From an uncultured virus (IMG/VR IMGVR_UViG_2724679462_000001) (Duplodnaviria; Heunggongvirae; Uroviricota; Caudoviricetes), in IMG/VR virus record IMGVR_UViG_2724679462_000001: a stretch of DNA of 20,000 nucleotides; one strand, written 5' to 3'. The notes beneath the pieces are model-generated. The model searched no databases. It saw only the letters and a program-made list of their open reading frames with translations, and was not told the origin of the DNA. Below are positions 1 through 9,065 of the stretch, piece after piece. The translations under genes and the position numbers were made by a program. Each line of letters begins with the position of its first letter. The stretch's first letter is position 1.

Positions 1-1304
1 TTCCTTGCCACCTCTTCGGCGAAAGCGACCGCCTGCACAGCGAGATAGGACAAGTGACCGGTGTAATACTGCACCTGAGCCATGATCGCCTGAAGGTCTG
101 CCAAGTCCTTGCCCATCACGAAGATCGCATGACGCAAGTCCGAACCGATTGTCGTCGAATGGGCACCTTCTGCGCCATCGACTGAGAAGCGCTTCGCAGC
201 AACTTCCATCTGGGTCAGATGTTCCCGCATCGTCGCCATCGGCGTGACAACAGCGCGCATCTCAAGAAACAGCTTCGGAACATTCGCGCTTTTGAAGGCC
301 TCCTCCATCACCCCGAACAGCTTGTCGAAGTTCAGATCCTCGTGAGCTTGCTTTCCCTCCGCGGAGGCACGCAGATTCGTGATCTCGGAGGAGAGGGCGT
401 TGAGCGTCATCTTCCGGCCATCGTACTCGACTTCCATCGGCTGGAGCAGTGGTTTCAACGCGGCGACGTTCTTCATCTTGTCGATGGCGAAGTTCGGCTG
501 CTTCAAGTCTCGCTCAGCGATCTCCTGGAGCAACGCGATGCGCTGCTGCATGACGAGCTTCAAGGCGGAGAAGAGCGGTGCAACCCGCGTCATCTCCTGC
601 GAATACTCGCCCTTGCTGACGATGTCGTGAAAGACCGGGTCACGCTGACTCAGGAACATGAGCACTCGCTGGTCGCGCGCCTCTTGCCTGAAGAACGTAT
701 CGATCACCCTCTGCATCGTGAAGATGCCTTCGTTGTCCTCGCCCGCGTACTCGCTATCCGGCTTGATGCGATACGGACGGTTCTCGAACGCATGCATGGC
801 CGTGCGCAGTTCCTTCGATGCCTTCTCGAATTCCTCGGCCGCCTTCTCTGCTTGCTTGGCCTTGCGCTCCAGTTCCGCTTCGGCATTTTCAGCGGTCGGC
901 TTGTCGTCCCCAGAGAGCCACTTGAAGATCTTGTAAATGACGGCGATCACCGCAGCGATGCCCGCCGCAATCAAGATCCAGATCCCCTTGCCGATCGACT
1001 CCAGCGACACCTTCAGACGAGTCGAGGTCGGCTGTACCGAGTAGTAGGCAACCGGCGCCTTCCCACCGAAGTCCGGCAAGATGCGCAGGCCTTCCATCGC
1101 GAGCGCCTGGCTCATGCCACGCTGCTCCTCGATTTCACGCCGCAAGACGAGCAAGTCCTCGACACGCTCTTCCATCGAGAAGAGTTCGACCACCTCTTCG
1201 TCGAACTCCGGTGCCACGCCCGTACCGATCGTTTCCACGATCTGCGGCACCAATTCCAGATCCGTGTCGAAGTCCAAACCCGCGTTCAGACTTTGATTGA
1301 ACAT
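1..1304 (-). CDS. Probable virion head/ejection protein (3' end runs off the window)
   Basis: Not in the ORF track because it is truncated. ATG at 1304-1302 overlaps the upstream stop (TGATG). Translation: MFNQSLNAGLDFDTDLELVPQIVETIGTGVAPEFDEEVVELFSMEERVEDLL...ALAMEGLRILPDFGGKAPVAYYSVQPTSTRLKVSLESIGKGIWILIAAGIAAVIAVIYKIFKWLSG. The acidic propeptide with SME/AME/SLE motifs followed by a hydrophobic helix is typical of phiKZ-like processed head proteins. The same frame reads open at the window start (...SYLAVQAVAFAEEVAR). Confidence 0.8.
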   Translation of the reverse strand, partial: MFNQSLNAGLDFDTDLELVPQIVETIGTGVAPEFDEEVVELFSMEERVEDLLVLRREIEEQRGMSQALAMEGLRILPDFGGKAPVAYYSVQPTSTRLKVSLESIGKGIWILIAAGIAAVIAVIYKIFKWLSGDDKPTAENAEAELERKAKQAEKAAEEFEKASKELRTAMHAFENRPYRIKPDSEYAGEDNEGIFTMQRVIDTFFRQEARDQRVLMFLSQRDPVFHDIVSKGEYSQEMTRVAPLFSALKLVMQQRIALLQEIAERDLKQPNFAIDKMKNVAALKPLLQPMEVEYDGRKMTLNALSSEITNLRASAEGKQAHEDLNFDKLFGVMEEAFKSANVPKLFLEMRAVVTPMATMREHLTQMEVAAKRFSVDGAEGAHSTTIGSDLRHAIFVMGKDLADLQAIMAQVQYYTGHLSYLAVQAVAFAEEVAR

Positions 1305-1750
1305 CAGACAGCTCCGTTCATAAGATCGAAAGCAAGCTGCGCGAGCGCGAGAATCTCGACCTTGTGTTCGTTGTTGAACTGGTGACTGTCGCCATCCACC
1401 CACTCAGCGACGCCGAGCAGGTTGTCGTAGAAGCCGAGGTCCAGGTCGATGATCACCTGGCCGCACGGATGCACTGCGTGGTAACGCAGGAACCAGAACT
1501 CGCGGACCTGGGCGAGCGCGTGCTTCACGTCGAAGACGACTTGCTCGTTGAAGCCCGCGATCAGCTCCATCACCTGCGGCAGCACGGTGAAGTTGTAGTG
1601 CGTGCTCGGCGCGTCGACTGGCGCCGAGGGGATCGACACGAGTCGCGATGCAGCCAGCGCAACGGCCGTGCCGATGATACGGCCGCGATCGCCCAACGAC
1701 GAAATGGCGGTGTCTGCGCGATTGTAGAAAGAAATGAATTGCGGTTTCAT
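1304..1750 (-). CDS. Hypothetical protein, probable small virion head protein (148 aa)
   Basis: Lies in a tight operon between two probable head genes, is coupled to the next gene by TGATG, and has phage-core codon usage. Function inferred from context only. Confidence 0.7.
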   Translation of the reverse strand: MKPQFISFYNRADTAISSLGDRGRIIGTAVALAASRLVSIPSAPVDAPSTHYNFTVLPQVMELIAGFNEQVVFDVKHALAQVREFWFLRYHAVHPCGQVIIDLDLGFYDNLLGVAEWVDGDSHQFNNEHKVEILALAQLAFDLMNGAV

Positions 1751-1771
1751 GATGTCAGCTCGTGGTTGTGG

Positions 1772-3055
1772 TTAGGCAAACTGCCGAAGCGATGCGGCTC
1801 GTACGAAGAGGTCGTTGTTCGCGATGGTCTCCAGCTCGCGCTGCAGCTTCTCTTGCGAAATGCGACGGCGGCGAACCGGCGAAAGGAAATCGCGCACGTA
1901 GCCGAGCAACTGCTGTCGGTCTTTCACGCCCGCGATGACTTCGTCGATCACCGTGAGGTCTTCGGTGTACGAGGTGATCTGTTCTTCCGTCAGCTTCTTG
2001 TTCTTCATCGCTTCGACCAGCTGATCGCGCACGCGGCCGAAACGCACTTTGGAGAGCGCGTAGACGTCTTCTTCCATTTCGAGCGAGTCCGACGCGCACA
2101 TGAGGAAGCACAGGACCCAGCTAACACCATAGGTGAGTGGGCCGGCGGCCATCATGGCGAGCTTCACGGCTTCCGTGAACAGGTAGGAGACCGTGCTGCG
2201 GTACTGGATGTGGCCGGAGTCACGCATGAGCTTGTCGAGGGCCGTGACGATGTCGCGACCAGCACCATGGCGAGCAGCGAACTGGTCAGCCAGCACTTCG
2301 AAGCTGTTCATGTCGTAGAGCGACGTGCCGAGTTCCGATTCGATCTCGCGCGCGATGTTCGAAACCACGACAGTCTCGATCACCCTCTTGTCCGAGGACT
2401 TGGCAAGCGCTTCAGCATCGAGGTCCTTCAGACCGGCCGCGTCCTTCACCTTCACGAGCACAGCTTCACGATCTTTCACGTTGCCCGACTGGTCGAGCTT
2501 CTTCGAAAGGCCCGCCAGGATCTGGTTGGTCGAGAGCGTGGCGCTGATCAGCTCGAAGTAGCCGAAGACATGTCCCAGTTCGTGCAGGACCGTCGATGCG
2601 ATTTCGGCCGGCGTCAACCGTTTGCGGAAGAACGTGTCAACCGGCATGTACATCGTGCTTTCGACGTTGCTGAACACGCCGGATACACGACCATTCTTGC
2701 GGTCCACGCGGCCGAGCGGTCGCACCTTCGCATCCGCGATCAGCTTGTCACCGTCGGTGTTCGGTAGGTATTGCTGCCGCACCCAGTCCGCCCAGCGGAT
2801 GAGCACCGGATTGTTCTTGTTGATGAACGGCGGCATCACAGCCGGACCCGAATCGCCCCACATGATCCGAACGTTCATTCCGGTGTAGTGCGCGATCAGC
2901 GACGACAGCTGCTGCGCTGCCGGATGGTCCGGAAGGGATTCCGCGCTTAGGTCGCTCAGCTCGGTGAAGATCCCGGTCAACTCACGGAAGAAGGCGCCCG
3001 ACTGGAAGTCGATGCCTTCCACAGCGATCGCAAGCGTGCGGTTCTTAAGCCACAT
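1772..3055 (-). CDS. Probable virion head protein with zinc-metallopeptidase motifs (427 aa)
   Basis: TAAGGA SD upstream. N-terminal AVE|GIDFQ is a possible prohead-protease site. HELGH (HExxH) plus downstream FEVLADQFAARHGAGRDIVTALDKL resembles the M48/gluzincin third-ligand motif. Confidence 0.78.
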   Translation of the reverse strand: MWLKNRTLAIAVEGIDFQSGAFFRELTGIFTELSDLSAESLPDHPAAQQLSSLIAHYTGMNVRIMWGDSGPAVMPPFINKNNPVLIRWADWVRQQYLPNTDGDKLIADAKVRPLGRVDRKNGRVSGVFSNVESTMYMPVDTFFRKRLTPAEIASTVLHELGHVFGYFELISATLSTNQILAGLSKKLDQSGNVKDREAVLVKVKDAAGLKDLDAEALAKSSDKRVIETVVVSNIAREIESELGTSLYDMNSFEVLADQFAARHGAGRDIVTALDKLMRDSGHIQYRSTVSYLFTEAVKLAMMAAGPLTYGVSWVLCFLMCASDSLEMEEDVYALSKVRFGRVRDQLVEAMKNKKLTEEQITSYTEDLTVIDEVIAGVKDRQQLLGYVRDFLSPVRRRRISQEKLQRELETIANNDLFVRAASLRQFA

Positions 3056-3181
3056 GGCGTGCGTCCTTAAAGAGGGAAGTGAAAACTAACCTAGGCTCCT
3101 CATGCTGTGTATTCAGCCAGGAGTCGCTAGTGGTCATAGTGATTACTGGGCTTTCCCTCACGAATTCCCAGCACCGCCACC

Positions 3182-4999
3182 ATGTCAAACGCAGCAAATC
3201 AGCAGGAGATCAAGGGCTACGAGTGCAAGCACGTCGTCTATTGCCCGCCTCCGAAATACGAACGCGGTGACTACCACCTCGTGAAAGAAATCATCCACTT
3301 CAAGGACGGCACGACGAAGCCCAACGTCCGGATGCTCAAGGATTACAAGCGCGACTTCTATGTGACGAAGAAGGGCTACCGCACGCACAAGGACAAGAAG
3401 GAGTGGGAAAAGATCGAGCGGCTGGACAAGCTCCAGTCGACGCAGTCCGAGCTGAATTTTTCGATAGCGAAGGCGCTCGGCATGGCGGGCATGAAGGGCG
3501 ATCCGCGTGTGATGAAGCGGTCCCCGTATCTGTACGGCAGCGACATCCTGTCCACGTGCGTCATCAAGAAGATGTACATGGACAAGTTCCCGGACCTCAA
3601 CACGCAATACAGCGTGGCGTGCTTCGACATCGAAGCGGACGTGGTTGAAGGCGAGAACGACATCATCATGGCGACACTCTCGTTCAAGGATCGTGTCTTC
3701 ACCGCCATCCAGAAGCGTTACATCGGCAACCTCCATCAGGCGGAGGAGAAGCTACGGCAAAAGTTCGATCACCACATCGGTGATGTGTACGCCGATCGCA
3801 ACATCAAGTGGGAAATGATGATCGTCGAGCGTCCCGTCGACATCGTTCTTGAGTGCTTTAAGCGCGCCCACGAATGGAAGCCTGATTTCGTAGCGATCTG
3901 GAACATCGCCTACGACATGAAGAAGATCCTGGAGTGCCTGGAGAAGGCTGGTTATCGGCCGGAAGACGTCTTCAGCGATCCGGCCGTGCCGATTCGCTAC
4001 CGGCACTTCAACTTCAAGCTGGGTCCGAACATGAAGGTGACGGCCTCAGGCAAGAAGAGTCCGATTCCGCCGCAGGCTCAGTGGCACACCGTGTTCTGTC
4101 CCGCGAGCTTCTATTTCATCGACGCGATGTGCGTCTACTGGAACCTGCGAAGCCAGAAGGGGAAGGATCCGTCGTACTCGCTGGACTTCATCCTGCGCAA
4201 GACCTTCAAGGACAAGATCAGGAAGCTCAAGTTCGAAGAGGGTGCTCACCTGCGCGGGATCGACTGGCACCTGTTCATGCAGAAGCACTACAAGCTCGAA
4301 TACGTGATCTACAACGCGTTCGACTGCGTGTCCATGGAACTGCTCGATGAGGCGACGAAGGACTTGCAGCTGACCATGCCGAGTTTCGCGGGCTGGACGG
4401 ACTTCTGCAACTTCAATTCACAGCCACGGCGACTGGTCGACAAACTTCACTACTACTGCCTGGAAGAGGCAGAAGAGAAGCGTGTGATTGGCAGCACGTC
4501 GGATGAGATGAAGACCGAGATGGACGATCTCACGCTCGGGCTGAATAACTGGATCGTGACCTTGCCGGCTCACTTGGTCGCAGACAACGGTCTCTGCATC
4601 ATCGAAGAAAACGACATGTTGCGGACCAACATACGTGGACACGTTGGGGATCTCGATGTGTCGGCCAGTTATCCGAACGGCGAGTGCGTCTTCAACATCT
4701 CGAAGGAAACGACCTACAAGGAGCTCTGCAAGATCCAGGGCGTCAGTGAACGAACGCAGCGCTTGCAGGGCATCAATCTGTCCGGTGGTGCTACGAATGC
4801 GGTGGAGTTCGCCTGCGAGATGTTCGGCATGCCTACGCTGGACCAATGGCTCGAAGCCTTTGCTGAAACACAGGGTCAGACGTTCGAGATTCCGAAGTAC
4901 ACGAAGCTACTCACCCGTGCGGACACCGTCTCCACATCAGGCGAGGACTTCTACGACGACGACGAGGACGATGACGACGAAGATGAATCAGATTTTTGA
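3182..4999 (+). CDS. Split family-B DNA polymerase subunit (3'-5' exonuclease + polymerase motif A), phiKZ gp82-like
   Basis: ExoI FDIEAD, ExoII WNIAYD, ExoIII YNAFDC, and PolB motif A DLDVSASYPNGECVFNISKET. No motif B or motif C (YGDTDS) is present, consistent with the two-gene polymerase of phiKZ-like phages. Confidence 0.88.
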   Translation: MSNAANQQEIKGYECKHVVYCPPPKYERGDYHLVKEIIHFKDGTTKPNVRMLKDYKRDFYVTKKGYRTHKDKKEWEKIERLDKLQSTQSELNFSIAKALGMAGMKGDPRVMKRSPYLYGSDILSTCVIKKMYMDKFPDLNTQYSVACFDIEADVVEGENDIIMATLSFKDRVFTAIQKRYIGNLHQAEEKLRQKFDHHIGDVYADRNIKWEMMIVERPVDIVLECFKRAHEWKPDFVAIWNIAYDMKKILECLEKAGYRPEDVFSDPAVPIRYRHFNFKLGPNMKVTASGKKSPIPPQAQWHTVFCPASFYFIDAMCVYWNLRSQKGKDPSYSLDFILRKTFKDKIRKLKFEEGAHLRGIDWHLFMQKHYKLEYVIYNAFDCVSMELLDEATKDLQLTMPSFAGWTDFCNFNSQPRRLVDKLHYYCLEEAEEKRVIGSTSDEMKTEMDDLTLGLNNWIVTLPAHLVADNGLCIIEENDMLRTNIRGHVGDLDVSASYPNGECVFNISKETTYKELCKIQGVSERTQRLQGINLSGGATNAVEFACEMFGMPTLDQWLEAFAETQGQTFEIPKYTKLLTRADTVSTSGEDFYDDDEDDDDEDESDF

Positions 5000-5008
5000 A
5001 GCGAGTAA

Positions 5009-5296
5009 ATGATGAAGAAGTTGGTTGACATCCCGATGCGGGATTTGGAGGACCTGCTGGACTGGCACGCTGGTCAGGCAGAGCGTCACGAAAGGCTGGA
5101 GAAGCAGCATACTGAGAAGTATGCGCGGTTTGGAAAGCACGGTGCGTGCATCGTGCGCGGTGACCAGAAGCGGGCTGACTTCCATCGACGAGCGGTGAAA
5201 GTCGTTGCATCGGCCCTGGATGATCGCGCTCTGACTCAGTGCAAGGAGAACTGCACTGTGCCAGCCGGACAGACGTGCTGTGCCGTAACCGCGTGA
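5009..5296 (+). CDS. Hypothetical protein (95 aa)
   Basis: Starts 9 bp after the polymerase stop and ends just before a stem-loop. Cys-rich C-terminus (CKENC...TCC). Confidence 0.6.
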   Translation: MMKKLVDIPMRDLEDLLDWHAGQAERHERLEKQHTEKYARFGKHGACIVRGDQKRADFHRRAVKVVASALDDRALTQCKENCTVPAGQTCCAVTA

Positions 5297-5315
5297 ACCA
5301 AAAAACGCGAAGAGC

Positions 5316-5356
5316 GAACATAGGCCTTCTCCCCTGCGGGAGAGGGTCCTATGTTC
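5316..5356. terminator. Intergenic CATA-stem-loop-TATG element, probable terminator
   Basis: GAACATAGGCCTTCTCCC-CTGC-GGGAGAGGGTCCTATGTTC imperfect inverted repeat between convergent genes, preceded by an A-run. Confidence 0.7.
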
Positions 5357-5386
5357 AGAATCGCGAAAATTCTCGCAGTGGTGTGC

Positions 5387-7120
5387 TCAATGGCAATCGA
5401 GCGAAACTGTAGTACAAGAATCCAGAATTCCCACCGCATTACCGCCGTTCCAGCTGTAGTAATCGTTGTTGTGAGTAATACAAGCACGGAAGGATTGTGG
5501 GGGGACTTCGTCTCCAACGACGTTGCTGAACGTTTCTGAAAACGTGTAGGTGAGTGAGGAAGCGCCACCCGTCAACGTACAACTCGGAGAGCCAACACCT
5601 ACAGGCGTCGCTTGCCATCCGGCAGAACACGACATGGCGTCGCCCGGTCCGGCGCAGCCAACGCATCCAGGGAATTTTCCGAGATAGGGTATAAGCTGAT
5701 CGCCAGTCGCCTGTCCGGTTCCGCGTCCTTCGACCTTTATGCTGTATGTCGGTCCCCACTTCCCAGCGCCGAAGCCACTGGTTACATCGACGTTGTCGGC
5801 AATCTTTGTGCAACTAGTGCTCGTGACAGATGCAGCGGCGCAGTTTACGACACTTCCGTTGCCGGTGCATACAACGAAGGAATCTGCCTCGTCCCAGTAT
5901 GCGAACATCTGGGCCGCGGCGCCTACCGTGCTTACAAGTCCTTGCGCGACGGTAAGTGCGGTCCATGCCTTAACCACGAACCCGCCCACATTTAGGGTCG
6001 GCCAGACCTTGCTTGCAAAGGAGGCAAACAGCGTACTGAAGGACGGCAGGAGTCCGCAAGAGGAGAACTGTTTGTATGGTGCGCTGCCGGTAGAACTGAT
6101 CGGCAAGACGCTTGCGAAGTACGCCCCGGCGGTAGTCCCGCTGGGCTGGACGACAAAGCTTGGGAATTGATCATTGAACACCCGCTCGGCCACCGATATG
6201 ACGCAATTCGTCAATTCCGGTTTTGGATAGAGCTTAGCGGTGCTCGAATACAGAAAAAGCATGTATTTGACAAACGCTGCGACGCCGTTGATGCGTCGTG
6301 TCACGGGGTTTTGAACTAAATTAAGCTTGAAATTTGGCGATTGCCCTTTTACAAGTGTTGTCGACGCGCTCCCACCGTAGTACGCAAAGAGCTGACCCAC
6401 CGTACTTTGCAAAGGCGGGATTTTAGTCGGCTCGGGTCCGTCGGTATAAACTACCCAGGTTATAAAGGTATCGTTGTTGACCGTAACGTTATTCTGTCCG
6501 GCGTCCGTCAACCAAATTTTCGAAAATGGTTCTGTTCCATTAAGAAGATAGAACGGTAGTGGCGTAGTGACGAGTGTGGTCGTGTCCAGGGTCTTGCCAA
6601 CCGCACTTGTCTTTGCAGTTGACGAAGACGCAATTGCTGCACTGGCATCAAGTGCTACCGCCCATGCCGCGTTAACGGTTTTATTGTCGGACAGCGGTGA
6701 AATGCCGGCTTCTAGATCCCGCTGTGCGCTTTCGGACAAGGCCTGGAACTGAGAAGAGGATTGGATTGCTTTCGTTATCTGGTCGGCTGTCAAGCCTGCG
6801 GGGATAGCCGCGAGGTCGAGCGCGATTCGTACCATGGCGACGACCGTACTCGTGCGGTCAAGTACCCCGTTGGCGCTTCCAAGTGAGAGAAGATATGGGT
6901 TACCTGATGAATCGCCGGCGATTAGAAACGGCACGGTTCCGTCTGGCTGGAGTGGCAGAATCGACCCGGGGACGTAATCAGCATCGGACGACGAAATAGT
7001 CGTAATTAGCTTCGTTGTGGCGGGGGGAACTGAGGCAGCAATCGACTGGTCGCCACCGCAGCCCACAACCGCAACTATCATGGCCGCAGCAACACACAAG
7101 AGAATGAACCGAGCTTTCAT
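5387..7120 (-). CDS. Accessory lipoprotein of unknown function (577 aa)
   Basis: Signal peptide with lipobox MKARFILLCVAAAMIVAVVG|C and GAGG SD. Ser/Thr/Gly-rich with a Cys-rich C-terminal domain. Visibly more A/T at third codon positions than the flanking core genes. Confidence 0.8.
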   Translation of the reverse strand: MKARFILLCVAAAMIVAVVGCGGDQSIAASVPPATTKLITTISSSDADYVPGSILPLQPDGTVPFLIAGDSSGNPYLLSLGSANGVLDRTSTVVAMVRIALDLAAIPAGLTADQITKAIQSSSQFQALSESAQRDLEAGISPLSDNKTVNAAWAVALDASAAIASSSTAKTSAVGKTLDTTTLVTTPLPFYLLNGTEPFSKIWLTDAGQNNVTVNNDTFITWVVYTDGPEPTKIPPLQSTVGQLFAYYGGSASTTLVKGQSPNFKLNLVQNPVTRRINGVAAFVKYMLFLYSSTAKLYPKPELTNCVISVAERVFNDQFPSFVVQPSGTTAGAYFASVLPISSTGSAPYKQFSSCGLLPSFSTLFASFASKVWPTLNVGGFVVKAWTALTVAQGLVSTVGAAAQMFAYWDEADSFVVCTGNGSVVNCAAASVTSTSCTKIADNVDVTSGFGAGKWGPTYSIKVEGRGTGQATGDQLIPYLGKFPGCVGCAGPGDAMSCSAGWQATPVGVGSPSCTLTGGASSLTYTFSETFSNVVGDEVPPQSFRACITHNNDYYSWNGGNAVGILDSCTTVSLDCH

Positions 7121-7264
7121 CGCGGACCTCGACGCTCAGTAAAGGGCGTTGCTCTACTGATGACAGCTTAGTGGAGAGACACCAGACGTCAAGGCGAACC
7201 TGACTCCCGGTACGTTGCCGCCTCGCAAAACTCTTACCTAAGGCGCTAAATAAAAGAGCGCAGG

Positions 7265-7296
7265 CATAAAGGCCCGGGCGATCGCCCAGGCATCTA
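7265..7296. terminator. Stem-loop downstream of endolysin, degenerate member of the CATA-stem-loop family
   Basis: A-rich tract, then GCATAAAG-GCCCGGGCGATCGCCCAGGC hairpin, about 35 bp beyond the endolysin stop. Confidence 0.55.
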
Positions 7297-7330
7297 TTTC
7301 GTTCTATCGGACCGACAGCGCCCGCAGTTA

Positions 7331-8152
7331 TTAGCCGAAGATCTGTTTATAACTGTCAGCGAGTCGGCCGTCGTAATTGTTCTGCGCGTGCTGGTTCTTG
7401 CCATTGTACTGATTGGCAAACGTCGTCCAGTCGCGCGCACGGAGCGCCGTGATCATGGCTCCGCCGTTCATGTCTTCCAGGAAGTTGCAGAACGCGTCGA
7501 GCTGGTTCGATTCGCTCACTGCCATCGCGGCCACGTAATCCTCCACCGACCGGTAGCCGGCCTGGATGTAGTAGTAGCCCATGATCTGGAAGAGGCCCCA
7601 GGACGCGGAGCGCATCGCGAGACCCGGTGCAACGCCGTGCTGTTGCAGAATCGCTTCCGCTTGATTCAGACGATCCCACTCTTGCGTGCCGCCGAGATAG
7701 CCGCCCGGATCCGGGTTGATGAGGTTCGGATACTGTGCGACGAGCTGGTTGATCTGCGTCTGCGACATCACGGTCTGCAGCGTGCGATACAACTGATGAC
7801 GCTCGAAGAGGATCGTGCATCGACCATCGTTCAGAAAGCCTGCACCCGAGGTCTCTACTTGACACACGGTTTGTACCGTTGCGACGTCCACACCGAGCCG
7901 ATGACCGGCTTCTTGATAGGCAGCAAGGCTCAGGTACTTCTGCGCGATGAAGGGCTCCAGATAAGCCTGTGTCGCGACGTCATAAATGCCCGTGACCGTG
8001 AGGTGGTTCTTCGACTGGTAGACGCAAAGCGCAGAGACGGATTTCGGACCGAACTGCCCGTCGACAGTGAGATTCGCGCCCGTCTTTTCGTTCAGTGCGC
8101 GTTGGATGAGTTTGGCTTTGGCGGTATTGATATTCGGAGGCAGTGCGCTCAT
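7331..8152 (-). CDS. Modular endolysin: PG-binding domain + DUF3380 N-acetylmuramidase
   Basis: N-terminal LIQRALN...VDGQFGPKS...YQSKNHLTVTGIYD matches PG_binding_1. C-terminal VETSGAGF...ILFERH, SASWGLFQIMG and WTTFANQYNG are DUF3380 motifs. Start moved from the track's GTG at 8236 to the ATG at 8152, which is preceded by AGGA/TGGA. Confidence 0.9.
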   Translation of the reverse strand: MSALPPNINTAKAKLIQRALNEKTGANLTVDGQFGPKSVSALCVYQSKNHLTVTGIYDVATQAYLEPFIAQKYLSLAAYQEAGHRLGVDVATVQTVCQVETSGAGFLNDGRCTILFERHQLYRTLQTVMSQTQINQLVAQYPNLINPDPGGYLGGTQEWDRLNQAEAILQQHGVAPGLAMRSASWGLFQIMGYYYIQAGYRSVEDYVAAMAVSESNQLDAFCNFLEDMNGGAMITALRARDWTTFANQYNGKNQHAQNNYDGRLADSYKQIFG

Positions 8153-8157
8153 GGTGG

Positions 8158-8244
8158 TCCAGTCCTGTGAGTATGCGGCGTTAAACCTCCACCCCAGAAG
8201 CCCAATACGTCGGGCCTCCGGAGTGAAGGTCGTCACAGGATGGA
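8158..8244 (-). promoter_or_regulatory. Structured RNA leader sequestering the endolysin RBS
   Basis: Inner 21-bp stem (8210-8230 with 8185-8205; five G.U pairs, no mismatches on the minus strand). Outer stem TCCATCCTGTGA / TCACAGGA-C-TGGA covers the SD. Confidence 0.65.
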
Positions 8245-8266
8245 TGTGCGACTTTTGAAGCGAGAC

Positions 8267-9040
8267 TTACTTGCCGAAGTAAGCCGTGAGACGCGTGCGA
8301 CCCTTCTCGGTCAGGCCGTATGCGAGCAGCGGCTGGAAGTCGACTTGCTTGAGCACAGCCTGGCGGGACTTCGGATCGGCGAGCGTCTTGAGCAGCGTGA
8401 CGATCTTCTCGAAGCCCTTGCGATGCTCCTTCGAGAGGGGCACGTGTTGCACGAAGCGGAACACATGCGTCTCGCGCAGCGCACCTTCACGATGGTGATG
8501 AAAGAGGGCGAGGATCGCGGTGAGCGTCGGGCGGAAGTCGGCTTCGAGGTTGTTGATCGCCGAGATAAGCGCCTGGTAGAAGTTGACCTGCTGTTGCGTA
8601 CCGTCCTTCACGGAGATCGGCATGCCGGGCTTCATCTTGTCCAGATACTCGTTGATCGTGTTGAGCACGATCTTCGCCGGAATCGAGGCGTCCTTCATCA
8701 GGTTCTCGATCTGCCGCTTCACTTCTTCGGCCGTGCTGGTGGCGCCGACCACAGCGACTGATACGGGCGCCTGAACCGGAGCCTCGGGCGCGGGTGCCGG
8801 CGTCGGAGCCGGTGCAACTACGGGAGCTGGGGAGACGAGCGCGCCGGTGGCGCTACCGATCGCCGCTTGCGCGCTAGCGGCGGCCTTCTCAGCACTCGCG
8901 GCAGCGTCTTGCTGCGTGGCTGCACCGGTCATCTGCTGGGCGTCCGACTGGGTGATGGCGGGCGTCGGCGGCGTTTCCGGCGTGGTACCGGTCGCCGCTG
9001 CGTCCTGCTGGTCCTGCTGGTTCTCTTGAGCGTCGCTCAT
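8267..9040 (-). CDS. Hypothetical core-like phage protein with Ala/Pro/Gln-rich N-terminus (257 aa)
   Basis: AAGGAAAG SD, strong codon bias, directly downstream of the RNAP subunit gene. Low-complexity N-terminal ~100 aa followed by a helical-looking domain. Confidence 0.8.
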   Translation of the reverse strand: MSDAQENQQDQQDAAATGTTPETPPTPAITQSDAQQMTGAATQQDAAASAEKAAASAQAAIGSATGALVSPAPVVAPAPTPAPAPEAPVQAPVSVAVVGATSTAEEVKRQIENLMKDASIPAKIVLNTINEYLDKMKPGMPISVKDGTQQQVNFYQALISAINNLEADFRPTLTAILALFHHHREGALRETHVFRFVQHVPLSKEHRKGFEKIVTLLKTLADPKSRQAVLKQVDFQPLLAYGLTEKGRTRLTAYFGK

Positions 9041-9065
9041 GGTGCTTTCCTTTCGAGGAGAGAGG

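Noticed and set aside
219..2767. Long plus-strand ORFs 219..1385 and 1364..2767
   Set aside because: Antisense shadows of strongly codon-biased minus-strand genes, with Arg/His/Leu-rich nonsense composition and no motifs.
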